DNA of 64,000 nt from Candidatus Saccharimonadota bacterium (lineage in GTDB: Bacteria > Patescibacteriota > Saccharimonadia > CAILAD01 > BJGX01). Shown in pieces: positions 38,527-48,520 of the stretch; positions within the stretch are counted from its first letter, which is position 1; every line of letters begins with the position of its first letter. The stretch lies in assembly GCA_046350735.1 (NCBI GenBank), contig JAXLZU010000002.1, positions 16,219 through 80,218 on the forward strand, read 5' to 3'. The position numbers and the translations under genes are program-made. The notes beneath the pieces are model-generated. The model had not been told where the DNA came from. It saw nothing but the letters and a program-made list of their open reading frames with translations, and ran no database searches.

Positions 38527-39801
38527 CTACTTCCACGCCCAAGTCTTTACAATATTATCACTCACCGTTTTAGAAGCATCATCGTTATAACTAGTCGTTA
38601 TAGTAAAAGCAGTTACAGGTGCGCCATTAAAGGTGTAATTTTTACCAGTGGGAATAACAGCAATTACTTGTTGTGTAGTACCATTAACCGATTGGACTAT
38701 CTTTACTGCATCGATATTATTTAGCTGAATCTTGTCATTAGAAATTGGTGTACCTGCCTTTAGCGTATTAGAAAAGGTTGTTAAATCGCCAACTGCAGCT
38801 GTAGAGGGAGTAACAGTAATACTATATTGTGAGTTAGCACCAAACTTGGCACCAATATTACAGGCAGTCTTAGCAAAATCGATAGTAGTCTGGCTAACAA
38901 TACCAAAGCTATAACAATCGCGCACCACTTGCTTATAACCATCTGGCAGTGCAGCTGGCTGAGTGGCGGTGGTTTGAGTCTGAACAGTTTGATCGTTTAG
39001 CTCTATCGCTGGTTTACGTTGATTACGAGCTGAGAATACCAGAACAAGGGAGAGGATAATCATTAATGCTAGCGCAGCAACTACAATAATAATAAATTTC
39101 AGTGGTCCTTTCTTGCGTGTGGTGTCGGTCATTGCCATGTCGGTAATATCAGAATTATAACTGGTACCTAAATCGGTAGGTAACCCACCAGACATTGGTT
39201 GCTCGACTTGTGCAGGGGGTGGAGTATTAAAGGATTGGTCGGCAACCACGGGTGTTGGGGCTGGTGCTGGACTAACATCCACCCCTGGCTGCATGGTACC
39301 CGGCTGAACTGGTTGTGGCGTTAATGCTGGTTGGTTACTAAGATCGAGTGTATTGGCATCTGGTATGACTGCAGGAGCTGGTGCTGGCTGTGGTGGTGTT
39401 GCAGGTACTGGTTGTTGTGCAGCTGCAGGAGAACTTGAAAATGGTGAAATTACATAATTATCTGTCTGTGCGGGTGAAGGACCGGCTGGTAATGGTGTAT
39501 TTGGAGCGGTAAGCGATGGGTTGTCTGGGCCTGCAGGCAAACCTGCAGCATCAGTCTGTGCCTGTGTTTGCCATTCTGGCTGAGGCAGTGGTGCCTGGGC
39601 TGGGGCTGGCTGTGGTGGTGTAACAGCATTTGGATCTGCCATAGGCATAGGTACGCCAGTTAGTGGGTCTGGTACCTGGGAGGGAGTTTGGGCAGCAAAA
39701 GGATTAGCCGGCTGAGCTGCAGCAGGCTGTTGGGCTGGTGGTATGGATCCCCCGGCATTCTCCGCGGGGGGTATCGGAAATGTATTGTCTTGTGGATCCA
39801 T
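38527..39801 (-). CDS. Pro/Ala/Gln-rich single-pass membrane protein
   Basis: A ~215-aa disordered P/A/Q-rich N-terminus, one TM helix (FIIIVVAALALMIILSLVLVF) and a ~180-aa T/S-rich C-terminal domain. Confidence 0.55.
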   Translation of the reverse strand: MDPQDNTFPIPPAENAGGSIPPAQQPAAAQPANPFAAQTPSQVPDPLTGVPMPMADPNAVTPPQPAPAQAPLPQPEWQTQAQTDAAGLPAGPDNPSLTAPNTPLPAGPSPAQTDNYVISPFSSSPAAAQQPVPATPPQPAPAPAVIPDANTLDLSNQPALTPQPVQPGTMQPGVDVSPAPAPTPVVADQSFNTPPPAQVEQPMSGGLPTDLGTSYNSDITDMAMTDTTRKKGPLKFIIIVVAALALMIILSLVLVFSARNQRKPAIELNDQTVQTQTTATQPAALPDGYKQVVRDCYSFGIVSQTTIDFAKTACNIGAKFGANSQYSITVTPSTAAVGDLTTFSNTLKAGTPISNDKIQLNNIDAVKIVQSVNGTTQQVIAVIPTGKNYTFNGAPVTAFTITTSYNDDASKTVSDNIVKTWAWK

Positions 39802-39857
39802 ATATAACTCGTTCTAATTATAACAATATCAGCTTAAAATGGCTATGTTTACTTTGG

Positions 39858-40754
39858 CTAATTTGTGTCTTTTTCTAAATATTGTGTGTAAGGCGACCAA
39901 TCTCCACCCAGTAAGCTTACACAGAGATCGCCTGACAAGAGTACTGTTTTGTTATTAATATCGCGTTCTGGATTAACCTCTACACAGTCGAGTGCAATTA
40001 TATCTTCTTTAGACAATTCTCTACACAGATACGAAACTTCTCGATAACTCAGACCACCCCTATTAACAATACCTGTACCAGGTGCCTCAGATGAGTCTAT
40101 AGAGTCAATGTCGAGACTAATATGTAGCGGTCGGCTAGCCACTTTTTGCCGAATTTCATCTACTATCTTGGCAATGCCATGGCGAATAATATCATCAATT
40201 GTGTAACAGGTGATGTTATGAGCCTGCATGTAACGATACTCTGCTTCATCAATATCTTTTGCACCTATAATAAAAACCTCATTATACTGATATTTGGGTA
40301 ATTCAAAATCTACCCATAGTGCATCACCCAGTACAGTAGAAAGCGGCATACCATGAATATTACCAGTAGGAGAATCGATTGGATTACTACAATCTGGGTG
40401 AGCATCAATGTAGACTATACAGGTTTGGGGGTTTCTAGCCTTAGAAGCAAAGAGCGTGCCAATAGAAATTGAATGATCACCACCAAGCGTCAAAACAATG
40501 TCTTTGTTATCTGCCGAAGACGTAATTTGTTCAAATAGTGTCTTATTAAAGGATATAAGCGAGTCTAAATTGCGTAGTTTTTTATTAGAATTATTGGTTT
40601 CTTCAATTGCTGTGACAGGTTCTAATTCACTAAATTCAAACATGTTTTTCTTAAGACCCGACCGCAATGTGGTGTCGAGAATTGTAGCTGGTGCCTTCTC
40701 GCTACCCTTGTTGAACGACCCCAAACTTGTTGCTGCCTGAACAATTTTTATCAT
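39858..40754 (-). CDS. arginase/agmatinase-family ureohydrolase
   Basis: Mn-binding motifs GGDHS, DAHPD and SLDIDSID. Confidence 0.88.
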   Translation of the reverse strand: MIKIVQAATSLGSFNKGSEKAPATILDTTLRSGLKKNMFEFSELEPVTAIEETNNSNKKLRNLDSLISFNKTLFEQITSSADNKDIVLTLGGDHSISIGTLFASKARNPQTCIVYIDAHPDCSNPIDSPTGNIHGMPLSTVLGDALWVDFELPKYQYNEVFIIGAKDIDEAEYRYMQAHNITCYTIDDIIRHGIAKIVDEIRQKVASRPLHISLDIDSIDSSEAPGTGIVNRGGLSYREVSYLCRELSKEDIIALDCVEVNPERDINNKTVLLSGDLCVSLLGGDWSPYTQYLEKDTN

Positions 40755-40805
40755 TACCTTATTATACTAGCTTTTCTGATAGTAGCTAGATGATACAATA
40801 GGGCT

Positions 40806-42116
40806 ATGAGCAAACTAAAGTCTAGTCTAAAAAAGCTAATACCCCGGCGCAGTATCGATGCACTGCATTATCCAGAGTCATTACTTTACGCTCGCAAGTA
40901 CAGATTTCCGAGCAAGCATATGATAATAATTGGTATTGTCGGCAGTAAGGGAAAAACAACCACTGCCAATATGGTTTGGGCAGTATTATCTGCATCTGGT
41001 GCAAAAGTTGGCCAGATAGGTACAGCTAATATTCGTATTGGCGAACAGGAAGAACTCAACAAATACCACATGACAATGCCAGGTGCCTCGGCGATGCAAA
41101 AAATCTTGGCCGATATGCAAAAAGCGGGCTGCAAATATGTGGTTATGGAGGTGCCAAGCGAGGGTCAAACACAATGGCGCCATATTGGTATTAACTTTGA
41201 TGTGTTGGTTTTTACCAACGTAGAACGCGAAATTATGGCCTCACATAGAGGTAGTATGGAGGTCTTACACCAACACAACAAGCGTGTCTTTAAGTCTACC
41301 GCCAAAGCTACACGCAAAGAAATGAGTGGCAAAAAAGTACCAAAAATTATCATTGCCAACGCCGATAGTAAATATGCTCCAAACTATATGGATTTTGCAG
41401 TTGATAAAAAAGCCACCTATAGCACTCACTCTAGTAGTGATTATCAAGCAAAAAATATTCACTCTAATGGAAAAGGTGTAGATTTTGAGCTAAATCTCGA
41501 TACCTACCATATAAATATCCTTGGTGAAATTAACGCCGAAAATGCCACTGCAGCAGTTGCTGTAGGTAAAGAGCTAGGAATGGATAGAAAAACCATTCAA
41601 CGAGGCCTAGAGTCGCTTAAAACGATACCAGGCCGTATGGAGCCAATAGATGCTAAGCAAAACTTTACTGTCTTGGTAGATTACGCCCATTCGCCTGCCA
41701 GCATGGAGGCGTTAATGAAGAGCGCCAAAGCCATGGCTAGGGGCAAGATTATTACTCTTCTCGGTGCCGAAGGTGGCGGGCGCGATATAGAGAAACGCCC
41801 CATTCTGGGACGGTTAGCTGCTGAATGCTCTGACTATATAGTAATTACGAATGTAGATCCATACGAAGATGATCCTACAAGGATTATCGAAGATGTTGCC
41901 GCCGGTGCCCGAAAAGCCGGTAAGACAGATGAGAAAAATCTATTTTGTATAGAAGATAGACGTGCGGGAATTCGCAAAGCCCTAAAGTTGGCAAATAAAA
42001 ATGATTTAGTACTTATTACCGGCAAAGGTGCCGAACAATCTATTGTTATTAATGGTAAATCCACTCCTTGGGATGACAGAAAAGTTGTGCGTGAAGAGCT
42101 AGAAAAGCTAGTCTAA
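40806..42116 (+). CDS. murE: Mur ligase family protein, MurE-like (UDP-MurNAc-tripeptide synthetase) lacking the usual N-terminal domain
   Basis: P-loop GSKGKTTT plus the MurE-like motifs VDYAHSP and GRMEP. At 436 aa it is shorter than canonical MurE. Confidence 0.7.
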   Translation: MSKLKSSLKKLIPRRSIDALHYPESLLYARKYRFPSKHMIIIGIVGSKGKTTTANMVWAVLSASGAKVGQIGTANIRIGEQEELNKYHMTMPGASAMQKILADMQKAGCKYVVMEVPSEGQTQWRHIGINFDVLVFTNVEREIMASHRGSMEVLHQHNKRVFKSTAKATRKEMSGKKVPKIIIANADSKYAPNYMDFAVDKKATYSTHSSSDYQAKNIHSNGKGVDFELNLDTYHINILGEINAENATAAVAVGKELGMDRKTIQRGLESLKTIPGRMEPIDAKQNFTVLVDYAHSPASMEALMKSAKAMARGKIITLLGAEGGGRDIEKRPILGRLAAECSDYIVITNVDPYEDDPTRIIEDVAAGARKAGKTDEKNLFCIEDRRAGIRKALKLANKNDLVLITGKGAEQSIVINGKSTPWDDRKVVREELEKLV

Positions 42117-42389
42117 CAAAGATATGATCTGGTATCCATATTTCTGAATTTGTTCATCAGACCAGAACGAATATCCCTTCGTCTTACCAACATACCCTAC
42201 CTTTTTTGTTAACTCTCTACCGGTAAATATTTTTGTTTTTGGATCCCACTCTTTAAGAATAAGGGTGTCGCCGGTATTAATTTCCCAATCAGCCAATCTC
42301 AGTTCGTACGTTTTTTCACCTGACAAGATCTTATTGAAGTATTCGGGCCAAATCTTTTTCTTTATCTTTGCCATATTATTTCTTAGCAA
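42108..42389 (-). CDS. ASCH-domain protein
   Basis: 93 aa with an ILSGEKTYELR motif typical of ASCH/DUF3850-like PUA-fold proteins. Confidence 0.55.
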   Translation of the reverse strand: MLRNNMAKIKKKIWPEYFNKILSGEKTYELRLADWEINTGDTLILKEWDPKTKIFTGRELTKKVGYVGKTKGYSFWSDEQIQKYGYQIISLLD

Positions 42390-43245
42390 GCTCTTTTACT
42401 GCAACTGGGCACAAACCATTATGTTGCTTCTCACATTCTATACAGCAGATAAAAAGCTGGTGACAGTCGGGCTTGGCACAGTCTATATACCTATCACTCG
42501 CCTGTTTGCAATGGGCACATTTACCCAAAACTTTTTCGCCAGACTTAGTGTCTGTATTGGTAACCATCCTATCATCAAAAACAAAGTTTTTACCTATAAA
42601 ATGTCCGTCGGGATATTTTTCGAGGTACTTAACAATGCCACCTTCTAGCTGGTAAACATTGTCAAAACCTTCTTCTGCCAAGAGTGCAGTGGCTTTTTCG
42701 CATCTAATACCACCCGTACAGTAAGTAAGAACTTTATTCTTGGGGTCTATCTTGAGGTTCTTTACCTTTTTGGGTAACTCATAAAACTTGGTGGTATCTG
42801 GCTGAATTGCACCCTCAAAACGCCCTACCTCATATTCATAATTGTTGCGCATATCTACCACAGTAATATCTTTTTCAGTCTCTAGCATAGTATGAAACTC
42901 TTCTGGGCTAAGATATTTACCAGTTTTTTTAAGATCTACTGGCTTACCAAGTGTTACTATTTCTGGACGACGCTTAACAATTAGTTTGGGGAACGGCATT
43001 TTGCCAGCAGCAGATCTTTTGAAGACAATATCTTTAAAGAGCGGATGAGCATCCATGTAATCGGTATATTGTTTTAACTGCGCTCGGGTACCAGCTACTG
43101 TACCATTAATTCCTTCTTCGGCAATAAGAATACGGCCCTTTAGGCCAATACCAGCGCAAACCAACTTGTGCTGCATGACTTCGAAGGCAGGGTCTGTAAC
43201 ACCGACAAATTTGTAATATAGCAAGACTGAAATTGTAGAACTCAT
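42376..43245 (-). CDS. trhO: rhodanese-domain tRNA U34 hydroxylase TrhO (UPF0176/YceA family)
   Basis: N-terminal ACT-like region, a rhodanese domain with catalytic Cys (YCTGGIRCEKA) and a C-terminal Cys cluster. Confidence 0.85.
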   Translation of the reverse strand: MSSTISVLLYYKFVGVTDPAFEVMQHKLVCAGIGLKGRILIAEEGINGTVAGTRAQLKQYTDYMDAHPLFKDIVFKRSAAGKMPFPKLIVKRRPEIVTLGKPVDLKKTGKYLSPEEFHTMLETEKDITVVDMRNNYEYEVGRFEGAIQPDTTKFYELPKKVKNLKIDPKNKVLTYCTGGIRCEKATALLAEEGFDNVYQLEGGIVKYLEKYPDGHFIGKNFVFDDRMVTNTDTKSGEKVLGKCAHCKQASDRYIDCAKPDCHQLFICCIECEKQHNGLCPVAVKELAKK

Positions 43246-43373
43246 AATTGGTGATTATAGCCTATAATAAACAATTTTTCTAGATACAGTCTGCTTGTAA
43301 TAGGTGATCAATATATGGTAACGTATGTGACAGTGTCCGAACCAACCACGCTAGACCCCCAAGGAGCGAGTTC

Positions 43374-44135
43374 GTGGCAAGTACTTCAGCAGTTTCACGT
43401 TACAGGCGAGTACTACTTAAGCTCTCTGGCGAAGCCCAGGGTAAAGTATATAAGCTCGAAGATGGTTCTACCCTTGTTGCTGGATTCGATACCAAGAGAA
43501 TGCGCTCTGAAGCCGAAGAAATCAAAGCAGTTATCGACGAACTAGGTGTTGAGATCGCTGTAGTAATTGGTGGTGGCAACATTTTTCGCGGCAAAGATGC
43601 CGAAGATATTGACCCCAATACTGCCGACTACGTAGGCATGCTGGCCACTGTTTCAAACGCAATGATGTTCGAAGACATTCTAAAGCAAGAGGGTGTCGAC
43701 TGTTGTATGAATTCATCATTGCGAATCGAAGAAGTTGCTGAACCCTACAGGTACAAGAAGGCTAAGAGTCGAATGCGGGATGGTCAAGTGGTTATCTGCG
43801 CCGGCGGACTTGGTGAGCCAGGTTTTACCACCGACACTGCCGCTGCTCAGCGCGCCATGAACCTCGGCTGCGAGGCTATCTTGATGGCCAAGCAAGGTAC
43901 CGACGGCATCTACGACTCCGACCCGCGCACCAACCCCGAAGCCAGCAAGCTCGGCAACCTCACCCACCTGGACGTGATCGAACGTGGCCTGAAGGTGATG
44001 GATGCCACTGCTGCCACCCATGCGCGCGAGCACGGCATCGACATTGTTGTTTACGATGGCTCTCAGCCAGGTATGCTCGCGAAGGTGCTTTGTCACCCAG
44101 AACAATATGGCTCGGTCGTTCGCACCGCGGCCTAA
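43374..44135 (+). CDS. pyrH: UMP kinase
   Basis: VLLKLSGEA plus a GGGNIFRG amino-acid-kinase-family signature. Confidence 0.93.
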   Translation: MASTSAVSRYRRVLLKLSGEAQGKVYKLEDGSTLVAGFDTKRMRSEAEEIKAVIDELGVEIAVVIGGGNIFRGKDAEDIDPNTADYVGMLATVSNAMMFEDILKQEGVDCCMNSSLRIEEVAEPYRYKKAKSRMRDGQVVICAGGLGEPGFTTDTAAAQRAMNLGCEAILMAKQGTDGIYDSDPRTNPEASKLGNLTHLDVIERGLKVMDATAATHAREHGIDIVVYDGSQPGMLAKVLCHPEQYGSVVRTAA

Positions 44136-44162
44136 TTACTTACCCATGGCAACATGGGTTTT

Positions 44163-44600
44163 TTATTTTACCAAATGAGAACTGGTGTTGATAAAACCAA
44201 TAATACACGCACCAAGCCAGGCTAGTTGCGAAAGTGTAATTGATACAATAGACCAAACAATAAGTTTTTTAGGTAACTGCCAGAAATTCTCCAACTTTTC
44301 AGACTTCATTGCTTTTTGTACAAAATGTAAATTAATACCATTACAGATAATAATTAAAACCAGTAGCATCTTTAGTTGGGTAAGTGGTTTAGTAAAGTTG
44401 GGATGCAAAAATTTACCACTCAGTATTAATCCAACTAAACCAGACCAGATAAGAATCTGTGCGGCTTTGCTTACTTCTAGCATTTGAGTTTTGGTCTTTT
44501 TACCTAATACCCAAAATAACCCATAAAAATCTACAAATAGTACACTGCCATAGGCAACAATTAGACTAAATACATGCACAAATAGAACAAATTTATACAT
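44163..44600 (-). CDS. membrane protein (hypothetical, 4 TM)
   Basis: 145-aa hydrophobic ORF. Confidence 0.45.
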   Translation of the reverse strand: MYKFVLFVHVFSLIVAYGSVLFVDFYGLFWVLGKKTKTQMLEVSKAAQILIWSGLVGLILSGKFLHPNFTKPLTQLKMLLVLIIICNGINLHFVQKAMKSEKLENFWQLPKKLIVWSIVSITLSQLAWLGACIIGFINTSSHLVK

Positions 44601-44988
44601 TTTTTTGCTCCAGATACTTTTGCATTAAGCTCCAGTAATAATCTTGCCACCCTTGCTCTATATCTTTGGTAAATTCTTCTGGCACTCCAGTCTGCGTAAA
44701 ATGTAGCATACAACCATCACCTTTTGCAGTTAGTGTAATAGTTACTTTACTCTCCGCTCCGTCTGGCCAATCTGATGCACGCCACGACTGAATAATTTCT
44801 TTACCCGCTATAAGTTTGTTAAATTTTCCGGTTGCATAATCATTCCACACCGAAAAATTACCACCCACTCTAGCATCAATTTTGGCACTGGCATCAGTTA
44901 TTTCTGCAAACTTCTTCTCATTGGTTAGTAAGTCATAGATGTCTTGCGGAGATGCCTTAAATGTAATTTTTTGTGATATGTTTGCCAT
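44593..44988 (-). CDS. SRPBCC/AHSA1-domain protein
   Basis: 131 aa with an Aha1-like/activator-of-Hsp90 ATPase fold signature (…VWNDYATGKF…WRASDW…). Confidence 0.65.
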   Translation of the reverse strand: MANISQKITFKASPQDIYDLLTNEKKFAEITDASAKIDARVGGNFSVWNDYATGKFNKLIAGKEIIQSWRASDWPDGAESKVTITLTAKGDGCMLHFTQTGVPEEFTKDIEQGWQDYYWSLMQKYLEQKNV

Positions 44989-44996
44989 CTAGTTCC

Positions 44997-45473
44997 TTAT
45001 TTTGCCAAAGCAACTACTTCTGCCAAATCTTCTGAGCCGCTCCATTTATTAATCATTGCGCCACCAGCATCTACCTGTACAAAAGTATCCTCAAATGGCA
45101 CTTGATACTGCTTCTTAAGTGCAGTGCTTTTGTCATAGTCGACATATAAAATAGTAAAGTTGTTAGGAAACTTGGCTACATTTGCCTTAAAGTCGTTATC
45201 GAGCATCTTGCACGTTTTTGACCACTTAGCACAGAAGAACAAAATAACTTTACCATCACTAGCTTCAGCTAACTTTGCCACATCGTACGGTGCATATTCA
45301 CCTGGTCGCTTGGCAACTTCTTGCTTTTGTTCTGGAGCAACAGTTTGTGTGGTATTTGCAGTAGCAACATTAGTCAACTTTTTGACATAGAGTTTTTTCC
45401 AGCCAATAAATGCTCCGACGCCTATGAGTATTGCTAGCATAATAATACCAACCCCTATTAATGTTTTTTTCAT
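44997..45473 (-). CDS. membrane-anchored thioredoxin-like protein
   Basis: Start MKKTLIG with a TM anchor, and a thioredoxin-like fold (KVILFFCAKWSKTC). The start overlaps the upstream stop (ATGA). Confidence 0.5.
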   Translation of the reverse strand: MKKTLIGVGIIMLAILIGVGAFIGWKKLYVKKLTNVATANTTQTVAPEQKQEVAKRPGEYAPYDVAKLAEASDGKVILFFCAKWSKTCKMLDNDFKANVAKFPNNFTILYVDYDKSTALKKQYQVPFEDTFVQVDAGGAMINKWSGSEDLAEVVALAK

Positions 45474-45919
45474 TTTCCTTGGTACCGACTCGTTAACAGC
45501 ATTTTTAGTAGAATAATAAGTACCAAAATAACTATTAGCCAAGAGTCGAGACTGTGCATAAATACCTGCACAATTATTGCAATACTTAGCAAGCTAATAG
45601 CAGCCAAGAACACCATTCTTTCTACTGCTGGTAGCTGTGCATTGTGTTTGGGACGTGCGCGCCAATGAGTAACCGCAAATACGAGCACCACCAACATAAA
45701 TGCAGCTAGCAATACAAATTGGCCATTTACGGTTAATGCGCTATAGGCAGGCACCATAAAGAACAGACCAAGTCCAAATATCACCAGTGCAATTAGAATT
45801 TCGGAAGTAAATTTGTGCTCAGTAAACAAGTCTTCTTCTACAATAGGTTCTGCCTGGGAATTTTTATGCTTTGGCTTTTTGTGCTTAGCCTCGTGTCGGG
45901 CATGTGATGTACGACTCAT
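45470..45919 (-). CDS. membrane protein (hypothetical)
   Basis: 149 aa with a basic N-terminus and 3-4 TM helices. Confidence 0.45.
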   Translation of the reverse strand: MSRTSHARHEAKHKKPKHKNSQAEPIVEEDLFTEHKFTSEILIALVIFGLGLFFMVPAYSALTVNGQFVLLAAFMLVVLVFAVTHWRARPKHNAQLPAVERMVFLAAISLLSIAIIVQVFMHSLDSWLIVILVLIILLKMLLTSRYQGK

Positions 45920-46031
45920 ATTTAAATTGTATCATACCTAAATATTTTAATGATTATTATAATGCTCGAGCTTGCTAAAAAGTAATAAATACTATTAAAT
46001 ACTGGTGTCCTCATATCAGGAAAGGCTCACC

Positions 46032-46580
46032 ATGCAAGGACTACTGATTGTCATCTCTGGCCCTAGTGGTGCTGGCAAAGCCAGTGTTACCAAAGGTTGT
46101 GGTCTCGAGATTGCCCAAAGTTGGACCACTAGACTACCAAAATCTCGTGATATGCCAGGTGAATATAAATATGTTACTAAGAAAGAGTTTATGGAAGGTG
46201 TCGGCAATGGTTTGCTACTTGAGCATGATGAACATTTTGGTAACTTGTATGGTCTAGCTAAGCCGCCTGCTGGCAAAGTTGTTATTACCGATGTTGATGT
46301 AAATGGTGCAAGAAATTTACGACACAGGCCAGATGTTTTGCTTGTGGGTATTTTACCGCCCGACCCTATCGTAGAGACATGCCTTAGACGTCTTCGTGAG
46401 CGTGGAGATGAATCTGAAGAAGAAATACTAGAAAGAAGAGATAGAATTAGCTACGAAGCCGAATTAATTTTGTCAGAATGGCCCAAAATTATTCGTAATG
46501 ATAATCTTTCTGACGCCAGAAAACAGTTGAGAATAATTATTGCAAACTGTTGCAAAGCACGAAATATTGCATATCAATAA
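46032..46580 (+). CDS. gmk: guanylate kinase
   Basis: Start MQGLLIVISGPSGAGK with a GGAAAGG RBS; I moved it from the track start of 46005. Confidence 0.9.
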   Translation: MQGLLIVISGPSGAGKASVTKGCGLEIAQSWTTRLPKSRDMPGEYKYVTKKEFMEGVGNGLLLEHDEHFGNLYGLAKPPAGKVVITDVDVNGARNLRHRPDVLLVGILPPDPIVETCLRRLRERGDESEEEILERRDRISYEAELILSEWPKIIRNDNLSDARKQLRIIIANCCKARNIAYQ

Positions 46581-46583
46581 AAA

Positions 46584-46610
46584 CACCCCTCATTTTTGTG
46601 AGGGGTTTTT
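46584..46610. terminator. bidirectional rho-independent terminator
   Basis: A-run, hairpin cccctca-ttttt-tgagggg, then T5. It lies between gmk (+) and the minus-strand alpha-CTD-like gene. Confidence 0.75.
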
Positions 46611-47013
46611 ATTCACCTTCAAGACTAAGGCCAACGCTAGCCAATGCCTGACGAATGTCTGCTATGGCAGATTTACCAATATTATAGTACTTCTTCAGCT
46701 CGAGCTCGGTCTTGCGCGAAAGCTCGCCGATGGTTTGTATGTCTTTATCTTCTCGCCGCACATAGATACCTTGGGCATTGTGCCAATATGCCTCAAGTAG
46801 AGCGTTGCGAGTACGAGACTTTAGTGGGAGCAGATAGATAGACATATTGGCAGAGTCAGATCGAGAAATACGAATTGGCTCGCCTGTATCATCAACATGA
46901 CAAACAGAGAAATCGAGCAAAGGTTTGTCTTTTAGTACATATTTCTGTAAAAGCTTTATTAAGGCATCTGTGTCTTGTTCTCCCTGAAAAACAATCTCTA
47001 CTTTGGTTGGCAT
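46609..47013 (-). CDS. small protein with RNA polymerase alpha-subunit C-terminal-domain (alpha-CTD)-like HhH domain
   Basis: The C-terminal 70 aa SRTRNALLEA...IGELSRKTELELKKYYNIGKSAIADIRQALASVGLSL closely parallel RpoA alpha-CTD (RSANCLKAE...[37 protein letters not shown]). The N-terminal ~60 aa are unique. Confidence 0.6.
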   Translation of the reverse strand: MPTKVEIVFQGEQDTDALIKLLQKYVLKDKPLLDFSVCHVDDTGEPIRISRSDSANMSIYLLPLKSRTRNALLEAYWHNAQGIYVRREDKDIQTIGELSRKTELELKKYYNIGKSAIADIRQALASVGLSLEGE

Positions 47014-47426
47014 TAGCCTTCCCCTTGTTCGTAAACTTCTTCAAGCATAAGATGCAGACCATGTTTTGCAAGACCCATACGTATGTTGTGCAATCCTACA
47101 TAGCCAAGTTGTGGCATAGCTAACAAATCATCTGCACTAAAACCAAGTAGATCGCCTATTGTTACAATCTCTGACTTAGCGAAACCTCTCCTATAAGCCC
47201 AGCTCAGTGCCCCAATCGTTCTTGAATGCAGACCAAGATTACGAATATGACTATTTAATATTGCATCGTCTTCATCGCTAAATGAAACAATAAGGGGGTC
47301 TACAGTAACTGGTCTGTGTTCTTCCAGTAGCATATATTCACGCACCTTAAAGATGGCAGCATCAATTTCTTCAAAAAACTCGTACGGCACCTTATCGTCT
47401 ACTACTAAGCGAATCTGTATAGGCAT
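47013..47426 (-). CDS. second alpha-CTD-like domain protein (paralog of previous)
   Basis: C-terminus LHSRTIGALSWA...IGDLLGFSADDLLAMPQLGYVGLHNIRMGLAKHGLHL has the same HhH pattern. The N-terminus MPIQIRLVV... parallels the neighbour's MPTKVEIVF.... Confidence 0.55.
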   Translation of the reverse strand: MPIQIRLVVDDKVPYEFFEEIDAAIFKVREYMLLEEHRPVTVDPLIVSFSDEDDAILNSHIRNLGLHSRTIGALSWAYRRGFAKSEIVTIGDLLGFSADDLLAMPQLGYVGLHNIRMGLAKHGLHLMLEEVYEQGEG

Positions 47427-47453
47427 AGATCTGCCTTTCTGTGGGGTGCAAGA

Positions 47454-48431
47454 TCAGGAATATTCTAAATTTAATAGGCTAGCTTTGTCAATAATAGCGA
47501 GTAACTCGTCGTGGCTTTTGGTCTGCATCATCTCGGCTCGCAACTCAGATGCGCCAGCAAAGCCATTAATATACATTTTTACAAATTTCTTGAGTGGTTC
47601 AAACTTTTCTCCATCCCATGTTTTTTTATGCAGAGCAGTATGCTCGCGCAAGATAGGCAACATTATTGCTAAATCTCGATTGGTTTTAGTTTCATCAAAC
47701 ACAAAAAAATTATGAAATATGCCACGGCCTATCATAATTCCATCTACATCACTTTCTTTTGCCAGCTCTCTACCCTGTTCAAGATTCATAACATCGCCAT
47801 TACCAATAATAACCGTGCTTGGGCTAATACTATCACGTAGTTTTACTGCCTTGGCAATTTCATCCCAATGAGCAGGCACCTTGCTCATTTCTTTCTTTGT
47901 ACGACCATGTACAATAATTGCATCCAAATTTTGCTCAAGCAAGAATCCTATCCAGTTTTCTGTATCTATAGTGTTAAAACCAAGTCGAGTCTTTACACTA
48001 ACCGGTATCTTACCCGCTGCACCCTTTTGAGTAGCTATTATTACCTCTTTGGCCAGCTGAGGGTTTTGTATCATTGCGCTACATGCACCTTTTTTTATCA
48101 TATCTTTTACAGGGCAGCCCATATTAATATCAATTCCATCAAAGCCCATATCTACAATATCCCGTGCCATTTCTTCATAATGCTGGGGAGTGATGCCCCA
48201 TATCTGAGCTATAAGGGGGTTTTCTGATTTTTCGTGTTGCAATCTAGTACCAATAGCTTGGCGCCCGGGGCTACACCAGCCATCAGCATTGGCAAATTCG
48301 GTCATCATTACATCAGCCGGCGCATGCTTTTGCACAATACGACGAAAAACCGTATCGGTTACATCGTCCATTGGTGCCATCACAAAAAACGGCTGCTTAT
48401 TTTTCTTTAATTGTTGCCAAATATTTTTCAT
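47454..48431 (-). CDS. dus: tRNA-dihydrouridine synthase
   Basis: FMN-binding TIM-barrel motifs (MAPMDDVTD, and a catalytic Cys region NMGCP). Confidence 0.9.
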   Translation of the reverse strand: MKNIWQQLKKNKQPFFVMAPMDDVTDTVFRRIVQKHAPADVMMTEFANADGWCSPGRQAIGTRLQHEKSENPLIAQIWGITPQHYEEMARDIVDMGFDGIDINMGCPVKDMIKKGACSAMIQNPQLAKEVIIATQKGAAGKIPVSVKTRLGFNTIDTENWIGFLLEQNLDAIIVHGRTKKEMSKVPAHWDEIAKAVKLRDSISPSTVIIGNGDVMNLEQGRELAKESDVDGIMIGRGIFHNFFVFDETKTNRDLAIMLPILREHTALHKKTWDGEKFEPLKKFVKMYINGFAGASELRAEMMQTKSHDELLAIIDKASLLNLEYS

Positions 48432-48520
48432 TACTAGTGCGCTAGTATAACCGAAATAAGCATAAATTTCTAGGGCAATGTGTCACATCGTGCTTACAAA
48501 AACAGTTATAATAACATTAC

